DNA of 32,000 nucleotides from Candidatus Lokiarchaeum ossiferum (GTDB lineage Archaea; Asgardarchaeota; Lokiarchaeia; Sigyniarchaeales; Promethearchaeaceae): positions 2,370,001-2,402,000 of the forward strand of contig CP104013.1 in NCBI GenBank assembly GCA_025839675.1, given 5' to 3'. The notes beneath the pieces were generated by a model. It was not told where the DNA came from, ran no database searches, and saw nothing but the letters and a program-made list of their open reading frames with translations. Made by a program: the position numbers and the translations under genes. Shown piece by piece: positions 8,609 through 16,718 of the stretch (positions are counted from its first letter, which is position 1; the number at the start of each line of letters is the position of its first letter).

Positions 8609-9673
8609 ATGAAAATTTTACTTACAGGTGCGTTTGGAAATGTTGGTTTAAGTACTTTGGACGAACTCCTTTCTCGGGGATATTATGTGTCTGTATTTGA
8701 ATTGGATACACCCAAAAATCGAAAATTGGCTCATCACTATGGAGATCAAATTGATATGATATGGGGAGATCTAAGAGAATTTACCCAAGTTGAAAAAGCG
8801 GTGCGTGATGTAGATATAATTCTTCATGTAGGTGCAATAATTCCTCCATTAGCCGATAAATTTCCCGAATTAGCCGAAGCAGTAAATGTAGGGGGAACTA
8901 AAAACATTTTACAAGCGATGGCTCAACAACCAATCCCCCCCAAAATAGTTTACACTTCTTCAATTTCAGTGTATGGCGATAGAAGACAAAATCCCTTAAT
9001 AAAAACCGAAGATCCACTAAAACCAAGCAAACATGATCTCTATGGACAGCAAAAATTGAAAGCCGAACGGCTTGTACGCCATTCAGGCTTAAGCTGGTGC
9101 ATCTTTCGATTAACTTATATTACTTCTATGGATAAATTGGACTTAGATCCCTTGATGTTCGAAATGCCTCTTGAAACGTGTATTGAGATAGCCGATACCA
9201 AAGATGTAGGGCTTGCTTTAGCCAATGCTGTTGAATCGGAAGATATTTGGGGTGAGATATTAAATATTGCAGGAGGACAAGCATGTCGTACAACATTTGG
9301 AGAATATTTAATAAAAATGCTGGATCTGTTTGGTTTAGGATATGATCGATTCCCTGCAAATGCCTTCTCCAATGAAGAATTTCATTGTGGATTTATGGAT
9401 ACTCAGAAATCACAAGAATTATTACATTTTCAACGTCAAACTCTTAATGACTATTACAAGGAAGTGGCTAAAAAAGCTAAACCCACCAGATGGTTAGCTA
9501 AATTATTCCAACCCATTGTCAGAGCAGTTATCGTAGGTAGGAGCCCATATTACAAAATAAAACGAAGAAAATCTCCAGCTCGAATGACCATTGGCCAGTA
9601 TTTGAAACAAATCAAACGCACCTATTTGATTATGAAGCGTTCAATTGAAATTGAAGATACAATTACAGTTTAG
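8609..9673 (+). CDS. NAD-dependent epimerase/dehydratase (extended SDR) with a basic C-terminal extension
   Basis: MKILLTGAFGNVGLST is a Rossmann GxxGxxG at the N-terminus, and the active-site YxxxK is YGQQK. I prefer ATG 8609, preceded by GGTGA at 8599-8603, over the ORF-track start 8546. The last ~60 aa (RWLAKLFQ...KIKRRKSPARM...) lie beyond the usual SDR fold. Confidence 0.85.
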   Translation: MKILLTGAFGNVGLSTLDELLSRGYYVSVFELDTPKNRKLAHHYGDQIDMIWGDLREFTQVEKAVRDVDIILHVGAIIPPLADKFPELAEAVNVGGTKNILQAMAQQPIPPKIVYTSSISVYGDRRQNPLIKTEDPLKPSKHDLYGQQKLKAERLVRHSGLSWCIFRLTYITSMDKLDLDPLMFEMPLETCIEIADTKDVGLALANAVESEDIWGEILNIAGGQACRTTFGEYLIKMLDLFGLGYDRFPANAFSNEEFHCGFMDTQKSQELLHFQRQTLNDYYKEVAKKAKPTRWLAKLFQPIVRAVIVGRSPYYKIKRRKSPARMTIGQYLKQIKRTYLIMKRSIEIEDTITV

Positions 9674-9678
9674 ATTCC

Positions 9679-9695
9679 TTTTTTTTCGGTTTTTT
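9679..9695 (+). terminator. Oligo-T tracts after the epimerase gene
   Basis: T8 (9679-9686) and T6 (9690-9695) lie within 25 nt of the TAG stop (9671-9673). Confidence 0.4.
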
Positions 9696-9702
9696 CCATA
9701 TT

Positions 9703-9909
9703 TCAAACGTGAATCTTCAAAATATGTTTAAACGCGGGATGCGTAAGACACAAATCCTTATCAATTATTTTTTGCTTCAATTCATGAAATTGCTCTGTTA
9801 AATCTGCCGCAATAAGATCCAATTCACAATGATCACATACATTAAATTGTTCTCCTAAGAGATTTGTATATATTGTTGTTCCATTTCGGTTACAAAATTC
9901 ACACGTCAT
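9703..9909 (-). CDS. Small zinc-ribbon protein (CxxC...CxxC), hypothetical
   Basis: MTCEFCNRNG...NVCDHCELDL provides two CxxC pairs. The ORF track extends it to a TTG start at 9963. I prefer ATG 9909, which places the first CxxC at the N-terminus. Confidence 0.45.
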   Translation of the reverse strand: MTCEFCNRNGTTIYTNLLGEQFNVCDHCELDLIAADLTEQFHELKQKIIDKDLCLTHPAFKHILKIHV

Positions 9910-10250
9910 TTTTATATTTCCCCAAAGTAGTACTATGAACAATTTTTCCATCAAACTAATCAAAGATAGACAGTCTTATGATTTATTGAATTTGTAAAAC
10001 AGATCTCGAGCACTCAAAAAATACATGATCATTTAAAATCCAATGATAATCCAGCGATTACATCATTAAAAGCAATAGGATAAGTTGCTTGGAATTAAAT
10101 ACGGATCATAGATATCAAAACTCACAAAAAATTTCCAGATTCTATACAAGTTATCTTAGTTTAAATGACATTTCTTTATACAAAAATCAAGATCTTTTGA
10201 CAATAGTAATTTTTAATAATCAAATCATTTAAAATTGTAATTTCAGATAT

Positions 10251-10258
10251 ATTTATAA
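10251..10258 (+). promoter_or_regulatory. TATA box for the giant surface-protein gene (leaderless geometry)
   Basis: ATTTATAA is centred about 26 nt upstream of ATG 10281, with no SD-like sequence in between. This supports 10281 rather than the internal ATG 10338 as the start. Confidence 0.35.
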
Positions 10259-10280
10259 CAGCAAGCAAAGGTCATTTCTA

Positions 10281-13200
10281 ATGAATTTGGGATTAATTTA
10301 TTATAAATTTGGATTTAGAGGGCAAAAATTTATAAAAATGAGTGTTTTGATAATAATCTGCAGTCTTTTTCTATCGAAATACACAAATTTACCTTTGATT
10401 TCGCAGCATGACGACTCAGACGATTCACCGCAAATACATATAGTCAATGAATTACCCAACCAAGATACAATCGAACCCTCTGCATCGTTATTGTCATACA
10501 CATCCAATAATGTTTCCCTTTTTAACGTCAGCGAGTCAATTTTTAGTATAGCGCCGCAAACGTCCTTAGATATTGATTCCGAAAATCTCACCCTCGAAAT
10601 TCCTTCTGGCTGGGACTTTGAAAATGCGAGAATGAATATTTCGGATCTATACAAATCATGGGAAGTAATACAAAATCAGAATATTACCGGTTCGGGAGAA
10701 TTTTGGGATTTTGATACTAATATACCCTTCGTAGATCCTAATACTTTATATTTTATTGGAGACTCCACAACGGGAAATCTTAAACTTAATGGAAGAAGTA
10801 ATAAATACTCTTCATATTTTGATGGAGATTATGCTTCTTGGTCCCAGACAGTTACCAATCCAGAAAATGATCTTCAAATCTATGAAAGTGAGTTGATTAG
10901 AGAGAATTCTAATCAGACACTGCTTCAAAATGATTTTTCAGTCAATCCTTTCTGGCAACCCTTACTTAATTTTCCTTATGGGGGAACTAATGGAACATCT
11001 ATTTATGAAGCAGAATATGACCCATCGTCAGAATATTTATCTACTTATATTAAGGCAGGAAGTAATGAACTTTCCCTAGGAAATCCATCCGTAGGGTGGC
11101 AAACTAATTTTACTAATCCTAATTCACTGTCTTTTAAAGCAAATCGTTTTGAATTAACTGTTTCTTGGAACTTAGAAAGTATAGACCTTGAAGCCGAGGA
11201 TAACTTATCAATAATCATTCGTATTGATGATCAATATGTGGATGGTAGGATTGATGTGGACGGGAATACCTATTTAGATAATGCAACTGAAATCACCATT
11301 GAAAATTCCGTAGTAAGTGGTGTACTTGATCATGATACTATCACCCGGACTTTTGATATTACAGAGATGATTGATTCATCAAAAGAGTTTCACACTATTG
11401 ATTTTGGAATTTGGTTAGAAAATATTGATGAAACTAATGATGAAGTTCGAGTCAATTTTGCTGCGCTTGAGATCAAGGCAATTGAAGAAGACCAATATAA
11501 AACAGGGGAATTATCTTTTACTTGTGAAATTGATATGGATAAATATATTAATTTTGTAGATGACTGGCAATTATTCTACTCTTTTTCTAATTCAACATCT
11601 GTTGATTTTCATCGAATAGGTTATGTATCAGACTATTTTTCTTCATTAATAGGGACTCAGCGGATAAATGTGAATTTGTCATCCCATTCACGATCTTTTC
11701 TAAATCAGCAAGAGTATCGCTTTTCACTTGGTTTAGTAGGGGCAAATAATAATACAACTCTAGAAAAAGATACCCTTTTTGTATATTTTGATGATATTTC
11801 ACTATGTCCTATTTATAGATCCACCAATTTTTCAAAAGCTCAACTTCAAATATTCAACGGTACAGGATATGAACAAGTTGTAGAATCTTCCTTTGATTTT
11901 TTAGAATCTGTCCATAACAATTACATAAATGCAAGCTTTCTTATTAACAATCCCGACTATGCAAATTCACAATTAAATTTTATTAGTTCCTTGTCAGTGA
12001 ATAATTTTCAAGAAAATTTAGCACAGGCAGATTTTTTTATTGATGTTAATGATTTAACCAATGGAAATGAAATCAAATGGAATGTATCTTATAATAATTC
12101 AGATACCTTCACGCATTTTTCCTTGAATAATTATGAAAATTTTAAGATATCTTATTACAACTTCACGATTATTGATCTCCCAGCCTTAGATTCCTTAGGA
12201 AAAGATTCTATTGATTGGGACTTTCGAGACTATTATGACCCTTCCAATACAACCCCAAATTATGCAACGGCAGTTCATACGAATGGTACCCTAAGTAGTG
12301 GTACACATCAGAATGTAACAATTGTTAATGCAACGAAATTGGAGGATTTTTATATTAATGGAACATGGATATTGAAATTTCTATCGCAGAATTATATTGA
12401 GGATTTAAAATTGAAATCTTCAACGGGTTCAATTATACTGCCAAAAGTGTATTTCGGAAATGAAACCAAAATTAAAATCAATCAAATTTTTCCATCAGAT
12501 TTGACGGGAAATTATAGAACTGAAATCAGGAATGCAAGCGATATAATAATCTCTTCTTTTCCAAAATTTAATTCAAGCATTGTAGGCAATCTTTCGTTGG
12601 ATTGGAGTGTTCCGAATTTGTTACCAGGCGAATATAAAATAGTTGCATACTGGAATGATTCAACGACGGAAAATCAACAATTTTCAAGAGTGGGATTTCT
12701 TACCTATGATTTTGAAATATGGGGTCAAACCAAGGCAAATTTACTTAGAAGCCCAGATGTTCTGAGCCCATCAGACAAGGGAACGTTCTACTTTAATTTT
12801 ACTAATTATTTTGGGAATACCTTATCCGGTATCGAGCCGTATGTTACTCTTTATTGTTTGAATACGAGTAATAATTGGGGATTGGAATGGTCACCTTACC
12901 AATACTTGGTGACTGGGGTTATAGAGAATCAAACAGATGGATCTTACGGAAATTATTCACTCGAGTTTCAAACTCGCTATGTGCCAGATGGAGCCTACAA
13001 TGTATCAATTATTATCGAAAAACCATTTTATGATAGCCAATCTCTTCTTTCATTAATCAATATTACAGGATCCGAGATGTTAATTGATGTTATTTCAGGA
13101 GGTTTTAATTTAAACGCCACCCATGCTCTATTGGATTCCAATAATATTCCATATTTGAATGATACAAGTCATACTTCAATAGTCCTATATTTATATGACA

Positions 13201-16200
13201 CTTGGAATTATCCTTTGGAAAATGGGTTAATTTCAGGAACATATAATGGATCTGACAGGTCATTTTATGCAATCGATTTGTATAAAAATTCTCAAAATGA
13301 TCAAGATCTTGGAAAATATGAATTAACTTTTGATACAACGGGATTAAACGCAACAAATCCTGCCATCGGAAATTATAATTATTCCTTAACCCTATCTATC
13401 TCAGCTGAAGGATATAGTTCAATAAATCTTGAGATTTCCAGCAATATACTACCAATTCCAACAGAATTAGCATTATCAACAATTAATTCGGTATATGAAG
13501 GAGAGTTACTGGAATTGTTTGCAACTTATTCTAACATACTCAACCCGAGTTCCCCAATTTTATTGAACAATGCAATTTTAACATGGATTTTACAAAATTC
13601 GACTCATTCAAATTTAATGAGTGGATTTTTTGAGAATGTTTTCTCGGGAATGTATGAAATAGAACAGAATCTCTCCCCAACTTTACAACCTGGAACATAT
13701 GAACTAATTATTAATGGTAGTCAAGAAAATTGTGCTTTTGCTTCAAAGACAATTTCTAATTTCAAAATTTTATCTAAAAACAAGACCTATCTTAATATTG
13801 GTGGATATGAAGGGTTGCAAATTGGGACTACGATGACTATCACTGCAGTATTAGGAATAATAAATGGAACAGTTTTACCAAGTCAAGAAGTGACTTTTAA
13901 TTTAAAAAATGGTGAAGATTATTTAATTAATATCATCGAATATACGAATGAATTTGGGATTGCGTCAGTATCACAACCACTTTACCCCTATTACGCAGAT
14001 TTAAATTTGACATTAGAAGCCGTTTATGAAGGAGGTCCTACTATGAGAGGTATTTCAGATTCAATAGAGAATATTCATATTAAAGGAAAAAATGAAGTAA
14101 ATCTGACAATTTCTTCAATATCCCCAATACGAGTGGGATATTCCCCCATTATATCACTATCACTGTCAATTGAGAATGTAGAAGATTACTCTGAATATTT
14201 TATTACTCTTTCAGGATGGTATGAAAATAATTCTCAAACTTATATTGTCAATCAACAATTACTCGTGAATTCTCACGGGTTAACGTCTTATGAAATCCCT
14301 CAAATAGACGCAGGTTATGATAATTTGACTTTCTTTGTCTATTTTACAGAAACTGAGATTATCTCGTATGCATCCAAATTTGAAACATTCGGAATTATTG
14401 CAAAATGGGAAACAAATCTGACGATATCACATTATCCCGAGCAAATTCGACCCGGATATTATTTTGAATACGATATCGAAGCAAAATTTTTAGATCAATC
14501 ATGTCCTGAATCATTTTTCCAACTCCCTGTTGAAATAAACTATTATTATTCACAAACACATATCACCCAAATACTATATTTTGATGAAAATGGGAATATT
14601 TCAGTTCAAATTTTAGTTCTTGATGAATTTCAAGGTGGTTTCAATATTTCACTTTCGTTTTCGGGTTCAGAAAAAATTGATCTCGCAGAATTTCAATTCA
14701 ACTATTCAAGGGTTCTTCCAAAGTGGCAATTAGAGTTTGAATTTGAAATAGTTTCTGATTATTTTCAAATAGGGTATGAAGCTGAAATTCTCATTTCTGC
14801 AGCCTTTGAAAATGCATCTTGTACAGAAAATATCTATGGAAAATCCATTTTCGTTCAAATATCCTACCACAATCACTCAGATCTCCAAGAAATTTATTTT
14901 AACCTTCAAAATCAAACATATCTTAACTTTCTAATACCCCAAGTTGAAAAAAACACGCTCAACTTATCGGTAAGCTTCTTGGGTACAAGTAAAATTAATC
15001 CAAGCCAAAAAAATGAATCATTTGAAATTAATGAAAAGTGGAAACCATTACTGAGAATTTCTCCAGAAAAACCAAATTTGCGTATGGGAGAAACAATAAA
15101 TATCTTGATTTCTGCCTCAATATTTGATTCTCAGTTTTCTGGAGATTTTGAATTAAATTTCCCAATAATATTTTCCATGGTGTACGATCAAAATACGATC
15201 ACTTCTGAAATAACCCTTGATTCAGACGGGCAATATTCGGTAGATATTCAAGTTCCAATAATGAACAGTCCAATATTAAATATCACAGCAATTTTTTTGG
15301 GATCAGCTAAACTGCAACAAGCAATCATTTTTACATCATTTGATATTCTTCCTCAGTTATTAACAAAATTAACATTACTATCTCCTCCAACGATTTCTGA
15401 GCTCCAAGGAAGATTTTTGAACTTTAAAATTCAACTATTTTCATTGCCCAATAATGAAACACTGGAAGATCAGCAAGTTGTTTTTATCTTAAAACAAAAT
15501 TCAATTATTTTAGACAATTTTACACGAGTTACTGATGAGGAGGGAATTGTGGAATTGAGTTTAACAATTGAAGAAGCGGGAAGTTATACTTTAGAGTATT
15601 CCTATTTAGGTCATTCCATTTTTATCCCATTAATGGATCAAATTCCAATTGAGATCAAAATTGAAGACCCCTTTGAGTATTATATTTTAGATAATCTAAT
15701 CCCCATTTTAATTAGCCTTTCCTTGACATCAATAATCATTGTAAGTTCATATAAATTTGTTTATATCCCAAGAAAACGTAAAAGAGTTAAAGATCTAGTT
15801 GATATTAGAACAAAATTTAATGATTTAGAGAATTTGCAACATCTTTTTATTATTAGCAAGGAAAATGGATTAACTTTATTTTCCCATTCCTTTTCTGATA
15901 AACGCATTGAAGAAAATTTAATAAGTGGATTTATTTCCGCAATATCTTCCTTTGGCGTTGAGTTAGGAGGGCGAGTTAAACAAAATGCAACTGAATCAGA
16001 TGAAGTATCAAAGTTGAAAGAACTTTCTTACAACCAATTTAAAATAATAATTGTAGAGGGGAGTCTTATGCGGATTGCATTATTATTATTAAAATCTCCA
16101 AGTCCCTCGTTGCAAACTAACGTTAAGACTTTTCTTACATCCTTTGAAACTACGCATACAGAATTTCTTTCAAAATGGCATGGAGCAATACCGGATAAAG

Positions 16201-16718
16201 AACCAATTCAGAGAGCTTTGGAAAAGTATCTCTTTGTCCATTTCATTTATAATTACAAATTGATACTTACTCGCTTGCCAGACTACGAGAGAAAATTAAA
16301 AAGTAACTCAAATACTATAAAAATTCTCTCAGTTTGCAGAACATATTTTGGAAACTTATTCACAATGAAAGACGTTATTGAACATATGTTGACCTACGAG
16401 ATAGGAGAAGTTGAAACGTTTAACATTCTATTGAAATTGATGAAAGATAATCTATTTATACCTCTAAATACCCAAAACCAAGAGCTGGTTTTAGAATATT
16501 TACCATCCATAGAGGATTTGACTTTAGAGGAGCAAATAGTATTAAAATATATCTATGATGGACACACAGACATTTTAAAACTTTCGGATTTAACCCACAT
16601 CCCCGTGATTATTGAACCGATACATCAACTTCAAAAAAAAGGGTTGGTAACAGAGTTAAATGAATTAACTGAACTCGGAAAGAAAATTGCGATTGTTCTA
16701 AATTTAGTCAACAAGTGA
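10281..16718 (+). CDS. Giant (2145 aa) type I membrane surface protein: signal/anchor, ~1760-aa sequon-rich ectodomain with Ig-like repeats, one TM, and a cytoplasmic longin/roadblock-like plus tandem winged-helix tail
   Basis: Uninterrupted 6.4-kb ORF. The N-terminal hydrophobic segment is MSVLIIICSLFLS. I count about 62 N-x-S/T sequons by hand before the TM. The single TM helix LIPILISLSLTSIIIVSSYKFVYI (about nt 15694-15765) is followed by the positive-inside stretch PRKRKRVK. The tail is at 15768-16715. Confidence 0.9.
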   Translation: MNLGLIYYKFGFRGQKFIKMSVLIIICSLFLSKYTNLPLISQHDDSDDSPQIHIVNELPNQDTIEPSASLLSYTSNNVSLFNVSESIFSIAPQTSLDIDSENLTLEIPSGWDFENARMNISDLYKSWEVIQNQNITGSGEFWDFDTNIPFVDPNTLYFIGDSTTGNLKLNGRSNKYSSYFDGDYASWSQTVTNPENDLQIYESELIRENSNQTLLQNDFSVNPFWQPLLNFPYGGTNGTSIYEAEYDPSSEYLSTYIKAGSNELSLGNPSVGWQTNFTNPNSLSFKANRFELTVSWNLESIDLEAEDNLSIIIRIDDQYVDGRIDVDGNTYLDNATEITIENSVVSGVLDHDTITRTFDITEMIDSSKEFHTIDFGIWLENIDETNDEVRVNFAALEIKAIEEDQYKTGELSFTCEIDMDKYINFVDDWQLFYSFSNSTSVDFHRIGYVSDYFSSLIGTQRINVNLSSHSRSFLNQQEYRFSLGLVGANNNTTLEKDTLFVYFDDISLCPIYRSTNFSKAQLQIFNGTGYEQVVESSFDFLESVHNNYINASFLINNPDYANSQLNFISSLSVNNFQENLAQADFFIDVNDLTNGNEIKWNVSYNNSDTFTHFSLNNYENFKISYYNFTIIDLPALDSLGKDSIDWDFRDYYDPSNTTPNYATAVHTNGTLSSGTHQNVTIVNATKLEDFYINGTWILKFLSQNYIEDLKLKSSTGSIILPKVYFGNETKIKINQIFPSDLTGNYRTEIRNASDIIISSFPKFNSSIVGNLSLDWSVPNLLPGEYKIVAYWNDSTTENQQFSRVGFLTYDFEIWGQTKANLLRSPDVLSPSDKGTFYFNFTNYFGNTLSGIEPYVTLYCLNTSNNWGLEWSPYQYLVTGVIENQTDGSYGNYSLEFQTRYVPDGAYNVSIIIEKPFYDSQSLLSLINITGSEMLIDVISGGFNLNATHALLDSNNIPYLNDTSHTSIVLYLYDTWNYPLENGLISGTYNGSDRSFYAIDLYKNSQNDQDLGKYELTFDTTGLNATNPAIGNYNYSLTLSISAEGYSSINLEISSNILPIPTELALSTINSVYEGELLELFATYSNILNPSSPILLNNAILTWILQNSTHSNLMSGFFENVFSGMYEIEQNLSPTLQPGTYELIINGSQENCAFASKTISNFKILSKNKTYLNIGGYEGLQIGTTMTITAVLGIINGTVLPSQEVTFNLKNGEDYLINIIEYTNEFGIASVSQPLYPYYADLNLTLEAVYEGGPTMRGISDSIENIHIKGKNEVNLTISSISPIRVGYSPIISLSLSIENVEDYSEYFITLSGWYENNSQTYIVNQQLLVNSHGLTSYEIPQIDAGYDNLTFFVYFTETEIISYASKFETFGIIAKWETNLTISHYPEQIRPGYYFEYDIEAKFLDQSCPESFFQLPVEINYYYSQTHITQILYFDENGNISVQILVLDEFQGGFNISLSFSGSEKIDLAEFQFNYSRVLPKWQLEFEFEIVSDYFQIGYEAEILISAAFENASCTENIYGKSIFVQISYHNHSDLQEIYFNLQNQTYLNFLIPQVEKNTLNLSVSFLGTSKINPSQKNESFEINEKWKPLLRISPEKPNLRMGETINILISASIFDSQFSGDFELNFPIIFSMVYDQNTITSEITLDSDGQYSVDIQVPIMNSPILNITAIFLGSAKLQQAIIFTSFDILPQLLTKLTLLSPPTISELQGRFLNFKIQLFSLPNNETLEDQQVVFILKQNSIILDNFTRVTDEEGIVELSLTIEEAGSYTLEYSYLGHSIFIPLMDQIPIEIKIEDPFEYYILDNLIPILISLSLTSIIIVSSYKFVYIPRKRKRVKDLVDIRTKFNDLENLQHLFIISKENGLTLFSHSFSDKRIEENLISGFISAISSFGVELGGRVKQNATESDEVSKLKELSYNQFKIIIVEGSLMRIALLLLKSPSPSLQTNVKTFLTSFETTHTEFLSKWHGAIPDKEPIQRALEKYLFVHFIYNYKLILTRLPDYERKLKSNSNTIKILSVCRTYFGNLFTMKDVIEHMLTYEIGEVETFNILLKLMKDNLFIPLNTQNQELVLEYLPSIEDLTLEEQIVLKYIYDGHTDILKLSDLTHIPVIIEPIHQLQKKGLVTELNELTELGKKIAIVLNLVNK
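13450..15670 (+). repeat. Seven tandem, diverged ~105-aa (~315-nt) Ig-like protein repeats inside the giant ORF
   Basis: Unit boundaries recur at about 13455, 13775, 14086, 14400, 14719, 15034 and 15350, with the array ending near 15660. Recurring unit-end motifs are AVYEGGPTMRGIS, SFSGSEKIDL, SFLGTSKINP, IFLGSAKLQQ and SYLGHSIFIP. Recurring unit starts are AKWETNLTI, PKWQLEFEF and EKWKPLLRI. The repeats are conserved at protein level only, not as DNA repeats. Confidence 0.6.

Noticed and set aside
10028-10235. 12-nt direct repeat ATCATTTAAAAT (10028-10039 and 10224-10235) upstream of the giant gene
   Set aside because: It is a single pair of short A/T-only words in a 317-nt AT-rich spacer, plausibly chance. 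There are no flanking inverted repeats or other mobile-element hallmarks.
10301-10654. 117-aa minus-strand ORF at the 5' end of the giant gene
   Set aside because: It is antisense to the uninterrupted 6.4-kb ORF, has no motif and has no plausible promoter or RBS. Long antisense ORFs are expected by chance in AT-rich coding DNA.
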